The position numbers and the translations under genes are program-made. 54,368 bases of DNA from an uncultured Muribaculaceae bacterium (GTDB taxonomy: Bacteria > Bacillota_I > Bacilli_A > RF39 > UBA660): positions 1-54,368 of the forward strand of contig CAYSFO010000003.1 of assembly GCA_964430695.1 (NCBI GenBank), given 5' to 3'. Shown here one piece after another: positions 36,512-45,920 of the stretch (the first letter of the stretch is position 1; the number at the start of each line of letters is the position of its first letter). Under the pieces are notes generated by a model. That model ran no database searches, was not told the origin of the DNA, and saw only the letters and a list, made by a program, of their open reading frames with translations.

Positions 36512-36596
36512 ATATTAACCGAAGAATAACAACGATTAGCATAATTATAATTACTAAAAGAATGTATACTATTCTTAGCATATTTTCTTTGTTCAT
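36510..36596 (-). CDS. 28-aa hydrophobic peptide, candidate type I toxin (locus D)
   Basis: The sequence is MNKENMLRIVYILLVIIIMLIVVILRLI, the C-terminal part of track ORF 36510..36692. SD is AGGAGGCGAGGAG. The promoter is TTGAAA (36728..36723) - 16 nt - TATAAT (36706..36701). Confidence 0.55.
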   Translation of the reverse strand: MNKENMLRIVYILLVIIIMLIVVILRLI

Positions 36597-36774
36597 AACT
36601 CCTCGCCTCCTACTTTCCAAAACCCCCAATTTTAAAATCTCAGTTGTTTGTACTTGTAAGAATGAGTAGTAAGGCGCTACACTTGGCAACACGAACCGTT
36701 ATTATATAGAATAAAATACTAATTTCAAGCCATTCGACAGAAAAATACAAAATATTATATAAAAAATTTTTCGA

Positions 36775-37857
36775 TTATAAGAAATCTTTATATTTTTTAT
36801 TAAATTTCTCTATCTGACTTGAAGGTTGTTGTCTTAACTTTCGCGATTCTCCAGTTTCCATTTGTTCTTGGTTTGTAGTAGATGTGTTATTTAAATATTC
36901 TATTCTTGTTTCTTCTTCATTACTAATACTTTTTATAGGCATATCTCTATTTTTTAATAAATCATAGTCTGCTTCACTTAAAATATAAGTTTTTTCACCA
37001 AAAAATATTTGCTTTAAATGTACTGTGTCTATATAGCCCTTTTGAAAATTTAAACTTAATTCTACTGCTGTTGGAAAAGAATCATTTATATCTGATAAAG
37101 AAGGTACAGTAACTTCTAAGGTATTTTCATCTTTAATATCTATACAATATCTATGCGCATGCCCATGAAGGATAATAGGAGCAGTTGGAAGTAATACTCC
37201 TCCTCCATTAGTATGATGATAAAGTAATATATTATCATTTTTAATATCTATAATTGTATTATTAAATCCACCAATAATAATATCATGACGATAGCTTTTG
37301 GCAATTTCAATAATACTTTGTGCATTGTTTGTCAAAGCACTCACATCATGATTACCTGCAACCCCAAAAGTTAAAATATTTTTATCAAATGGATAATCCT
37401 TCATAAAATGTTCTATTTGCAAAAAAGTATCTTCTATATTTTGACTTCCTTGCGTGAAAGTTCCATCTATCATATCGCCACAGCAAAAAATAATGTGTAT
37501 TCCATTCTTAATGCAATAATCAAATGCCTTATCTACTAAATCCAGTCGTTCTAAAGAATTTCCAAAATGTAAATCGGAAATGACCAAACATTTCAATTCT
37601 GTTTCTTTAGGAGATGTAATTATACTTACATTTTGCTTTTTTCTTAAATAATTATTTAACTCACTTACTAAGAAAATAGATTGATAAGAAATTACTCCAT
37701 TAGAATAATACTTTGGACTTACTAAAAATCCTTTATTTTTTAAATTTGTTAGATTATTAAACAACTGCTTATTTGAAAGATTTAAAATTGAACATATTTC
37801 ATTACAAGTTTTTCCCTCTTTTAAAAGTTGCAATAATTGCATTGTTTGATCTGACAT
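36775..37857 (-). CDS. Winged-helix HTH domain fused to a calcineurin-like metallophosphoesterase
   Basis: The N-terminus is LLKEGKTCNEICSILNLSNKQLFNNLTNLKNKGF. MPE motifs are ISDLHFG, GDMIDG, GNHD and GHAHR. The start was moved to the ATG at 37857, preceded by GGGGG. Confidence 0.7.
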   Translation of the reverse strand: MSDQTMQLLQLLKEGKTCNEICSILNLSNKQLFNNLTNLKNKGFLVSPKYYSNGVISYQSIFLVSELNNYLRKKQNVSIITSPKETELKCLVISDLHFGNSLERLDLVDKAFDYCIKNGIHIIFCCGDMIDGTFTQGSQNIEDTFLQIEHFMKDYPFDKNILTFGVAGNHDVSALTNNAQSIIEIAKSYRHDIIIGGFNNTIIDIKNDNILLYHHTNGGGVLLPTAPIILHGHAHRYCIDIKDENTLEVTVPSLSDINDSFPTAVELSLNFQKGYIDTVHLKQIFFGEKTYILSEADYDLLKNRDMPIKSISNEEETRIEYLNNTSTTNQEQMETGESRKLRQQPSSQIEKFNKKYKDFL

Positions 37858-37889
37858 AGTAAATCCCCCTTTCATTAAGAACGGAATAT

Positions 37890-37919
37890 ATTATAACCCC
37901 CCCCCCAACGAAAAGTCAA
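37890..37919 (-). promoter_or_regulatory. Sigma-A-type promoter with a G10 homopolymer inside the spacer
   Basis: The minus strand reads TTGACT (37919..37914) tttcgtt GGGGGGGGGG t TATAAT (37895..37890). The spacer is 18 nt as sequenced, and the C run on the plus strand is at 37897-37906. Confidence 0.6.
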
Positions 37920-38039
37920 CAATTAACAAAATAAAAGTAATGATATACAATACATGTTAACCCCCCTTAGAAAAAGGAATAACTTGACGATTATGTTAAA
38001 ATAATCAGTCATGAATAGAAAGACTACTTACAAACACTT

Positions 38040-38084
38040 AAATAAAAGAAGTAAGTGTTTTTCTCTTAAATTCACTTACTTCTT
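38040..38084 (-). terminator. Intrinsic terminator of the rhomboid gene
   Basis: The minus strand forms a 12-bp stem, AAGAAGTAAGTG-N15-CACTTACTTCTT, followed by TTATTT. Confidence 0.6.
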
Positions 38085-38199
38085 TCACATCAGTTCTTAA
38101 TTCATTGGTTTTACAACTTCCAATTAAGATTTAAATTATATTTTATCAATTCTTAAAAGGTATATAATCATGTTAATCTCATAGAAAATAAACATATTT

Positions 38200-39339
38200 C
38201 TATCTAAATAACATAAATACTAAAAATGCTAAATAAATAACTAATACAATCAAGCCATTTATTTTATCAGACTTTTCTGATTTACCTGTTATTCCTAATG
38301 CCATGGTTGTCAAATACCCACCTATTAATCCACCAATATGAGCAGCATTATCAATACCACTTATACAGAATCCTAAAAATAAATTCATGATAATTAAAGG
38401 AATAATTTGCATTCTTAAAACATTTCCTAAATAAAGACGATAATGATATCCAAAATAAAGCATGCTTCCTAAAAGCCCAAATATAGCTCCACTTGCTCCA
38501 ACAGATAAAGTATTAGAAAAAATACAAGACATCAAACTACCACAAATTGCACTAAACAAATAAATAAGTAAAAACTTCACTTTTCCTAAAAAGTTTTCTA
38601 GTTGTGAACCAATAATACATAAGGAATACATATTGACAAACAAGTGGATAATTCCTGCATGCAAAAACGTTCCAGTAAGTAATCGAAATATTTGCCCATT
38701 TTTGATAGCTGGAGCATAGACTGCCCCAAACGAATAAAGGGTTCCAGAATCTGTGCTTCCTTTTCCAAAAAGGTAAGTCATTAAAAATAGAATCATACAA
38801 ATGGCCATGATAACATAGGTCACTATAATTTGTTTTGGTTTAAATGTTGCTTCATAAATACGATTGCTTTTTTCCGTTTTTGCATTAATATCCTCTGTCA
38901 CATTTAAAATCAATTCAATCCCTTGGGCATCTTTCAATAATTTATTTCCAATTCCTGGGAAAAAATTCTCAATTTTTTTCGTTTCTTCTTTACTAAAATC
39001 TTTTAATAAAATAGATTTTATATTTTTATCATCGACTAATTTTACATCTTCATTAATATCTAAGAAAATATTAAAAGTAGACATAGAAAAAGATAAAGTT
39101 TTTTTCTTAATCTGACGCATAACGTTTTTTATTTTAAACATATCTGTTCTAAATTGTTCATTATTATGAATATAATTTGAATTTATACGAATAATCTTAT
39201 ATTTTGCTTCATTATTTTCTAACCATATTTCATCTTTTACTCCGTTCACAATAATTGGAGTGTAGTTTCCTTCGGTAATAAAATAATGAACTAAACGCAT
39301 AACAATTTCATCTTTTTTAGTTATTATAATTGTATTCAT
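38200..39339 (-). CDS. Rhomboid family intramembrane serine protease with N-terminal cytoplasmic domain
   Basis: Motifs HAGIIHLFVNM, GASGAIFGLLG and AHIGGLIGG are present. Confidence 0.85.
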   Translation of the reverse strand: MNTIIITKKDEIVMRLVHYFITEGNYTPIIVNGVKDEIWLENNEAKYKIIRINSNYIHNNEQFRTDMFKIKNVMRQIKKKTLSFSMSTFNIFLDINEDVKLVDDKNIKSILLKDFSKEETKKIENFFPGIGNKLLKDAQGIELILNVTEDINAKTEKSNRIYEATFKPKQIIVTYVIMAICMILFLMTYLFGKGSTDSGTLYSFGAVYAPAIKNGQIFRLLTGTFLHAGIIHLFVNMYSLCIIGSQLENFLGKVKFLLIYLFSAICGSLMSCIFSNTLSVGASGAIFGLLGSMLYFGYHYRLYLGNVLRMQIIPLIIMNLFLGFCISGIDNAAHIGGLIGGYLTTMALGITGKSEKSDKINGLIVLVIYLAFLVFMLFR

Positions 39340-39403
39340 TTCTTTCTCCTTAGTAATATTATTTTAGTATACTTCATACATTTAGTAAAGAGGTGAAGTC
39401 TTT

Positions 39404-39736
39404 TTGCAAAGTTTTTTATTGACAATCAGTTTTATTGTTGCCCATTGCTTACTATTAATTTCATTAAAAAAAATTATTATTTCCGATAAAATAGATAATG
39501 ATTTACTCTTTATTTACCTTAGTAATATTATTTTGTTATTTGCTTTCTTTTACTTTTTTCTATATGCGAATAATCTATTATTTTCCTTTTTGATTTCTTT
39601 ATTTTTAATGATTTTTTCTTATCTTCTCATTTATCACATCAAAAATATATTAGGAAAATATCAGCTTATTAGTCTACCATATTTTTTTTTAAATGTTTAC
39701 ACTTTTTCTAATATTTTAGTCTACTTTCTCTTCTAA
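39404..39736 (+). CDS. Hypothetical polytopic membrane protein (TTG start)
   Basis: 110 aa and very hydrophobic. SD AGAGGTGA is upstream. Its 3' end overlaps rluD on the other strand. Confidence 0.4.
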   Translation: MQSFLLTISFIVAHCLLLISLKKIIISDKIDNDLLFIYLSNIILLFAFFYFFLYANNLLFSFLISLFLMIFSYLLIYHIKNILGKYQLISLPYFFLNVYTFSNILVYFLF

Positions 39737-40615
39737 AGTTATTAAGTATTCATTAAAATATTCTGGTAATGGACATTCAAAATGCATATTTTCTTTCGTA
39801 ATCGGATGAATAAAATCAATCGTCCTCGAATGCAAAAATTGTCCATATTCTTTTATCTTTTGATGTCCATAAACGGGATCATTGAATACTGGATAGCCAA
39901 TATATTGCATATGTACTCTAATTTGATGGGTTCTTCCTGTTTCCAAATTTAAACTTACTAAAGTATTATTTTTATATCTTTTTAAAACCTGTAAATGAGT
40001 AATTGCATTTTTAGAATTGGTTGCTGTCACTGTCATCTTTTTACGATTGTTGGTATCTCTTCCAATGGGAGCATCAATTTTAGCTTTGTTATGAGGAAAT
40101 ACTCCACAAAGTAATGCAACATATTCTCTTTTTACATCATGCGTTTTAAAATCATCAGATAAAATACGATGGGCTTTATTACTTTTACAAACTAACATGA
40201 TTCCTGATGTATCTTTATCGATTCGATGGACAATACCTGGTCTTCCTTCCCCATTCAAGTCACTAAGATTATTTGTGTAATATAAAAGTCCATTGGCTAA
40301 TGTATTCTCTTTATTTCCACTTCCTGGATGAACGACAATCCCCGTAGGTTTATTAATCACCATAATATCTTCGTCTTCGTATAGTATATTTAAATCCATT
40401 TCTACAGGAACAAGATCACTCTCTTCTTGATATTCCTTAATAATTTCTATACAATCGTTTACTTTTACTTTATAGCTTGGCTTTACCAGATTTCCATTCA
40501 CTACAATATCTCCATTTAAAAGCATTTTAGAAACAATATTACGCGAATACTCTACTACATCGCTTAAATATTTATCGATTCGTTCATTGTTCTTAAGAGC
40601 GATTATTTTTTCCAT
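39716..40615 (-). CDS. rluD: RluA/RluD-family 23S rRNA pseudouridine synthase
   Basis: An S4 domain, the catalytic HRIDKDTSG motif and GRTHQIRVH are present. It lies downstream of lspA, as in Bacillus. Confidence 0.9.
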   Translation of the reverse strand: MEKIIALKNNERIDKYLSDVVEYSRNIVSKMLLNGDIVVNGNLVKPSYKVKVNDCIEIIKEYQEESDLVPVEMDLNILYEDEDIMVINKPTGIVVHPGSGNKENTLANGLLYYTNNLSDLNGEGRPGIVHRIDKDTSGIMLVCKSNKAHRILSDDFKTHDVKREYVALLCGVFPHNKAKIDAPIGRDTNNRKKMTVTATNSKNAITHLQVLKRYKNNTLVSLNLETGRTHQIRVHMQYIGYPVFNDPVYGHQKIKEYGQFLHSRTIDFIHPITKENMHFECPLPEYFNEYLITLEEKVD

Positions 40616-41066
40616 GTATATCTTCTCCTTTTAAAATAGCGATGATTAGAAGAAATATCCCAATAACAATCGCTGTATCCGCGAAATTAAACACAGGATA
40701 ATGATAAGAAAATAGTTTAAAAGATAAAAAATCACGAACATATCCTAAAAAAACACGATCAATTAAGTTTCCAAATATACCACCAACAAGCAGTCCAAAT
40801 GCTATATTGTTTTTCGTATTTTCCTTAAAACTGTACATATATCGAAAAAGAATAAATAAAGCAATTAAACTCACAAGAATTAAAAACTCTATTTTATTAT
40901 CAAAAATACTCCAAGCTGCACCATAATTTTCAATAAAATGCAACGAAAAAAAGTTTTTAATTATGACTACAGATTCATCAATCTTTAAAAACATACTAAT
41001 TCCAATTTTAGATATTTGGTCAATAAGTAAAGAAAGAACAGAAACTATAAATATTTTTCGATTCAT
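40593..41066 (-). CDS. lspA: Lipoprotein signal peptidase II
   Basis: Motifs ENYGAAWS, GGIFGNLIDR and FNFAD are present. Confidence 0.9.
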   Translation of the reverse strand: MNRKIFIVSVLSLLIDQISKIGISMFLKIDESVVIIKNFFSLHFIENYGAAWSIFDNKIEFLILVSLIALFILFRYMYSFKENTKNNIAFGLLVGGIFGNLIDRVFLGYVRDFLSFKLFSYHYPVFNFADTAIVIGIFLLIIAILKGEDIHGKNNRS

Positions 41067-41103
41067 AACTATCGCTTCTTTCTTTTGTATTATAACCTAA
41101 TAA

Positions 41104-41325
41104 TTAAATTTCAACAAGTATCACATCTGTACCAATTTTTTTAATTTGTTCCAAGTGTACATTCACTTCTTGAGAACTACCAAAAAATCGAAAAAAACGA
41201 CGTGGTTCAACAATAAAATATTTTATGATTTTTTGATCATCTAACTCAATATCAACAATTCTTCCTAATTTTTTGCCATCAACAATACTGACTACATCTT
41301 TTATTTGTAATTCAGAAACACGCAT
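41104..41325 (-). CDS. YlmC/YmxH family sporulation protein (PRC-barrel)
   Basis: The N-terminus is MRVSELQIKDVVSIVDGKKLGRIVDIELD. Confidence 0.75.
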   Translation of the reverse strand: MRVSELQIKDVVSIVDGKKLGRIVDIELDDQKIIKYFIVEPRRFFRFFGSSQEVNVHLEQIKKIGTDVILVEI

Positions 41326-41582
41326 AGTTTACCACCTTTATAAAAATGTATGCAAAAAAAACAGAAAAAAGAATAAAAAAGAAAAATTTTGCTAATTTTG
41401 TTTACATTTGTAAAATTGTCTTATAAAATTCCTACCTTTATGCTCTAAATTTCTTTTTTTATAAGCACATTTTGAAAATTAGTTATTTGTCTTCGTTTTT
41501 AAAGTGTGTTAATTTTAGTTGGCGAGATGCAAAAAGACGTATGGTGTTTGCCACTAAAACATTAAAATGTGGAGGTGGTCTT

Positions 41583-41666
41583 ATGATGGATAAAAAAAAT
41601 TTTCTTATTTTATCGCTGATTATGATAATCATTCTCTTGATACTATTTGACCAGATAAATTTCTAG
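41583..41666 (+). CDS. 27-aa hydrophobic peptide, candidate type I toxin (locus B, paralog of locus A)
   Basis: The sequence is MMDKKNFLILSLIMIIILLILFDQINF, the C-terminal part of track ORF 41472..41666. SD GGAGGTGG is upstream, and the 5' UTR motif ggcgagatgc is shared with locus A. Confidence 0.55.
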   Translation: MMDKKNFLILSLIMIIILLILFDQINF

Positions 41667-41687
41667 GGGGGTTTTGAGACGAAAGGT

Positions 41688-41762
41688 AAAAAAACACCAT
41701 CAGTTAAGATGGTGATTGCAATTTGCAAGCACTTATCATAAGCGTCTCGCTTAAATTAAGAA
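41688..41762 (-). ncRNA. Candidate antisense/antitoxin small RNA (locus B), paralog of 7925-7994
   Basis: The reverse complement aligns with locus A through cctttacatttat / tatattattcttaa / ttaagcgagac / gtgcttgc. The terminator is CACCATC-ttaac-GATGGTG + T7. Confidence 0.5.
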
Positions 41763-41795
41763 TAATATAAATTTAAATAAATGTAAAGGTTATTT

Positions 41796-42671
41796 TTATT
41801 CTTGACTCTTTAGGATACCATACACCATTCCAATATTTGTAGGTACAATATATTTTGCATCGATTGCTTCTGCAACGACCAATACAAAAGCGCACATCGC
41901 ACGGGTAGCGTCCCACCAATTTGGGTCTTCTACTTTTTCTTTTATTTTATCTAGAGAAATTTCCTGAAAATACCTTATCGTTTCTCTTGTTCTTGTATCT
42001 ATATCCATCATAATCGGAGCAAGATTATCTTCATATAATTCATTTTTTTCATAAAAAATTCCTGAAATTCTAGCAAATTTTTCATGTCCTCCACCAGCAA
42101 GTATTAAAATATTTGCTTTTTCTTTTGGCAAAACAATTCTATCTTTAATATACGCCATAACTTCTTCTAATGACGTTGTTGCAACATCTTCTGCTAAATC
42201 AGGAAATTTACATAATACATCCATTACACCAATAGAAGAATTAGCAGTTTCTTTTATTCCATTGTCATAAATAGCAATTTCAGTAGAACCGCCACCGCCA
42301 ATCAAAACACATGCTTTTTCTTGCACAGAACTTGTTGCTCCCAAAACAGTTAACTCACTCTCTTCTTCCTGCGAAATAATATGAAATTCTATATGCGTTT
42401 CCTCTTTAAAATTGTTTAAGAATGTATCTTTTTCTATTTCACTTAATGTTCTAAAAATACTTGTTCCACAAACATAAATATCTTGGTATTTCTCTTTTAA
42501 TATTTTTACAATTTTTATTAATTCTTGAAAATCACTTTCTCTTATTTTTTTATCTTCACTATAATGTCTTTTAAAAAAGATTGTTTTTTCTTCTAATCTT
42601 TCTACAGTTTCTCCGTCGTATTTATCAACTTTAGTAACCGTTGAACCTACTTCAATAATAATTTTATTCAT
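41796..42671 (-). CDS. Ppx/GppA-like ASKHA-fold phosphatase family protein
   Basis: Motifs IIEVGSTVTK, CGTSIFR, ISQEEESELTVLG and LIGGGGSTEI match Ppx/GppA motifs. Confidence 0.55.
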   Translation of the reverse strand: MNKIIIEVGSTVTKVDKYDGETVERLEEKTIFFKRHYSEDKKIRESDFQELIKIVKILKEKYQDIYVCGTSIFRTLSEIEKDTFLNNFKEETHIEFHIISQEEESELTVLGATSSVQEKACVLIGGGGSTEIAIYDNGIKETANSSIGVMDVLCKFPDLAEDVATTSLEEVMAYIKDRIVLPKEKANILILAGGGHEKFARISGIFYEKNELYEDNLAPIMMDIDTRTRETIRYFQEISLDKIKEKVEDPNWWDATRAMCAFVLVVAEAIDAKYIVPTNIGMVYGILKSQE

Positions 42672-43117
42672 TATTTTGTACCTGTCGACCCAAAAGCATT
42701 TGCACCGCGTTCTGAATCCTCAAGATCATCAACTTCAATAAATTTTGCTTTTAAATATGGAGTTATAATGAATTGAGCAATTCTTTCTTGTGGTTCAATT
42801 TTTTGTTCTATAGTTCCGTGATTATGTAAAGAAACCATGACTTCTCCACGATAATCAGAATCCACAACTCCAACTTTGTTTGCTGGTGCTAGATTTCTTT
42901 TTGTAGCTAGTCCACTACGAGCATAAATTAACCCAGCATAACCAACTGGTAATTCAAACGATAAACCAGTTGGTACTAATTTTGTTTCACCTGGAGCAAA
43001 AACCATTTCTTCTTCTATACAAGCATAAAGATCAGCACCTGCAGCATATTCTGTTCCATAAGTTGGAATTTTAGCATTCTCTTTTAGTTTTTTTATTTTT
43101 ACTTCTTCAATTAACAT
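42671..43117 (-). CDS. dut: dUTP diphosphatase
   Basis: Motifs AAGADLYA, ARSGLA, VGVVDSDYRGE and a C-terminal FGSTG are present. Confidence 0.9.
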   Translation of the reverse strand: MLIEEVKIKKLKENAKIPTYGTEYAAGADLYACIEEEMVFAPGETKLVPTGLSFELPVGYAGLIYARSGLATKRNLAPANKVGVVDSDYRGEVMVSLHNHGTIEQKIEPQERIAQFIITPYLKAKFIEVDDLEDSERGANAFGSTGTK

Positions 43118-43695
43118 CTACAAGCACCGCTTTCTATATTTTTTAACTCTTCTTTTTTATTTAGAATATCACTATTATCAATATATAATACTATTTCATT
43201 GTCTTTATTATTTAAAGTCTTTTTAACATCAATAATTCTTTGATTAGAACTACCCACATAATGTAATTTTTCTTCTGCAAGTTTTAAAACAAATCTTCCT
43301 TCTAATAAAACATCTATATTTTCCAATATATCTTTTAATTCTTTATCTGTTTTTACTTGCTCCATTAATTCTTCCCAAGTATATCCTGTATAAGACCATA
43401 TAGTTTTGGTTGGATATAGTTTTTTTACGTTCGTTACTAAATCACGAATCGTTTTACGATTGGCTAAAAAGAGAGGATCTCCACCAGATAACGTAAGTCC
43501 GCTACACCAATCTTGATCTAACTCTTGATAAATTTCTTTAATAGCATCATCATCAAAATCCAAACCATCATTTTCATCCCAAGTTAGGGCATTTTGACAA
43601 GCGGGGCAATGATGAATACAACCACTTGTCCACAAAACTACTCGTAATCCTTCTCCATTTAACATATCTGCTTTTGTTATATTATGATATTTCAC
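43111..43695 (-). CDS. nrdG: Anaerobic ribonucleoside-triphosphate reductase activating protein
   Basis: The radical-SAM cluster motif is GCIHHCPACQN. It lies immediately downstream of nrdD. Confidence 0.9.
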   Translation of the reverse strand: MKYHNITKADMLNGEGLRVVLWTSGCIHHCPACQNALTWDENDGLDFDDDAIKEIYQELDQDWCSGLTLSGGDPLFLANRKTIRDLVTNVKKLYPTKTIWSYTGYTWEELMEQVKTDKELKDILENIDVLLEGRFVLKLAEEKLHYVGSSNQRIIDVKKTLNNKDNEIVLYIDNSDILNKKEELKNIESGACRC

Positions 43696-43709
43696 TTTTA
43701 TCTTCCTCC

Positions 43710-45866
43710 CTACATTGACTTTCTCTCAGAGATTTCTACCATCTTCGCTTTATTAAGTCTTGTATCTCCATGTACTCTGGAATAAGATAAATAACCATTC
43801 ATACGATCAATTTTTGTTAAATCAGAACTTCCACATTCTGGACAAGTATCCATATCTAATTCTTCATGCCCACAATTGTTGCAATAAGCTAAAGATAAAT
43901 TGACTCCTTCATAAAATCCTTTTTCCATCGCTCTTTCCACATAAGTAATCATTGCTTCTTTATTATAATTCAAATTGTAACGTACATATTGAATACGTCC
44001 ACCACGGAATAAATCCCAAAATCTTCCTTCTAAGTCTTGTTTTTGAATACCATTTATATCTTCCCAAACGCCACAATGAAAGGAATTGCTAACATATTCA
44101 CGAGAAGATACGCCTTCAATAACACCATATTTTTTACGGAATTGTTCAATTTGTAACCCACATAAATTTTCCGCTGGCGTTCCATAAATGGCATATAAAA
44201 TATGATCTTCTTTTTTAAATATTTGTAATTTATCATTAATATATTTCATAACTTCAATAGCAAATGCTCCATCTTCTACTAAAGATTTTCCATTATATAA
44301 TACTTGTAGTTCATTAAGAGCTGTAATTCCAAAAGAGGCTGTAGAAGCTTCTAAAAGTGGTTCTATACTATCACTTGGTTGTAAATGTCCTTTATAAAAC
44401 CCTCCTTCACAATAAGCAAGAGGATTAATACTTGCCTTTTTCTTCCCTAAATATTTATAAGTACGAATATGAATTTTTCGAATCATTTCTAAATAATAGT
44501 CTAGCACTTCATAAAATTCTTTTTGTTCTTCACGAGCTTTTGCCAGAATCATTGGTAAATGTAAAGAAACGGCACCAATATTAAATCTTCCAATAAATAC
44601 AGGCTTATCATCCTTATCTGCTGGTTCAAAGCCACCTCGTTCAAAATAGGGACTTAAAAAAGCACGACATCCCATTGGACTTACTACACGACCATATTTT
44701 TTATACATTTCTGGCACATATCCTTCGCCTGATAAAGATAAATAATCTGGGTACATTGTTTTTGAACTACAATCAATAGCGGCTAAGAAATTATCACGTA
44801 ATTCTTTCCCTTCTCCATGCAAATTTTTATCATACAAAAAAACTAATTTAGGAAATAAAGTTGGTTTTTTATGCCCTTCTTTACCTTGCCCTTTCTTATG
44901 TGTATCTAAAATTATCTTAGAAACTAAACGGCCAAAACGACTTGTATCAATACCAAAAGTAAAAGTAACAAATGGATAATCGCCACGAGAAGACCCTACA
45001 CTATTTAGTTTATATTCAATCCCTTGATATCCTTGTTCACATTCACGTTGTGTTTTTTTGAAAGCATAAGCCTCTGCTCCTTCACTATCCGCATCATCCC
45101 CTTTGATATCTAAATATTCTTGATAATATTTTCGATACGTTTTTTCTGCATAAGGAGCCAAAATCGTATCTACTTCTGGAACCGTAAAACCTCCATATTG
45201 CATAGCAGCTGTATTGATAATTACATCTCCCATAACATCAAATGCCGTATCTAATGTTTTTGGTTCGTTATACCAAAGATTTCCCATTTCGAATCCATCT
45301 TTCATAACGGCTCCAACATCACATAAGCAACAGTTCATCGTATCACGTCTAGCGGACATATCATGAACATAAATATAGCCATCTTCACACGCTTCTACTT
45401 CCGCTGTAGTTAAAAAAAACTTTTTATATAGTTCCTTATTTAAAGAACCATACACTAAACTTCTTTGGGTAGCAACAAGGGCACTATCCGTATTAGAGTT
45501 TTCTTTATCCCCAATATAATTAATTGCTTGGGCTTTTTTATAAACCTTATCTAATATATGCACAAACTCTTTTTTATAATTACGATATTCACGGTAACTT
45601 TTTGCAACAAGCGGATTTACTTTTTCTAAAGCAGCTTCTACACAATTATGAATTTGTTGCACTTCTGGATTTGTTGTTTGTGTTTCCAAAAGTTCTAAAA
45701 CAATGGATACAACTTCATCTTCGGCTTCTGGAGTCAACTCTACCATAACTCTTTCAGCACTTTTTCGAATGGCAATTTTTATCTTGTCCCCATCAAAATT
45801 TTGTTGATTTCCATTTCTTTTGATAATTTTAATTTTTTTTGCGAAATTTTCTTCTTTTTTATTCAT
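43710..45866 (-). CDS. nrdD: Anaerobic ribonucleoside-triphosphate reductase
   Basis: An N-terminal ATP cone, a C-terminal Zn ribbon (CNNCGHE..CPECGS) and a glycyl-radical tail (RMNGYLS..) are present. Confidence 0.95.
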   Translation of the reverse strand: MNKKEENFAKKIKIIKRNGNQQNFDGDKIKIAIRKSAERVMVELTPEAEDEVVSIVLELLETQTTNPEVQQIHNCVEAALEKVNPLVAKSYREYRNYKKEFVHILDKVYKKAQAINYIGDKENSNTDSALVATQRSLVYGSLNKELYKKFFLTTAEVEACEDGYIYVHDMSARRDTMNCCLCDVGAVMKDGFEMGNLWYNEPKTLDTAFDVMGDVIINTAAMQYGGFTVPEVDTILAPYAEKTYRKYYQEYLDIKGDDADSEGAEAYAFKKTQRECEQGYQGIEYKLNSVGSSRGDYPFVTFTFGIDTSRFGRLVSKIILDTHKKGQGKEGHKKPTLFPKLVFLYDKNLHGEGKELRDNFLAAIDCSSKTMYPDYLSLSGEGYVPEMYKKYGRVVSPMGCRAFLSPYFERGGFEPADKDDKPVFIGRFNIGAVSLHLPMILAKAREEQKEFYEVLDYYLEMIRKIHIRTYKYLGKKKASINPLAYCEGGFYKGHLQPSDSIEPLLEASTASFGITALNELQVLYNGKSLVEDGAFAIEVMKYINDKLQIFKKEDHILYAIYGTPAENLCGLQIEQFRKKYGVIEGVSSREYVSNSFHCGVWEDINGIQKQDLEGRFWDLFRGGRIQYVRYNLNYNKEAMITYVERAMEKGFYEGVNLSLAYCNNCGHEELDMDTCPECGSSDLTKIDRMNGYLSYSRVHGDTRLNKAKMVEISERKSM

Positions 45867-45920
45867 TTCTTACTCCCACTTCCTTCTACTATTAAAATTT
45901 TAACATCAAAAAGGAAAAAT

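Noticed and set aside
36597-36692. The N-terminal 32 codons of track ORF 36510..36692 (and likewise 41472..41582 of ORF 41472..41666) as coding sequence
   Set aside because: A strong SD sits immediately before the internal ATG, and the upstream part contains the anti-SD/UTR motifs. The short peptide is the more plausible product.
37984-38062. A possible free-standing small RNA (TTGACG ... hairpin ACACTTA-N11-TAAGTGT + T5 on the plus strand)
   Set aside because: No -10 element lies at a workable distance from TTGACG. The hairpin region is better explained as part of the 12-bp-stem minus-strand terminator of the rhomboid gene (38040-38084).
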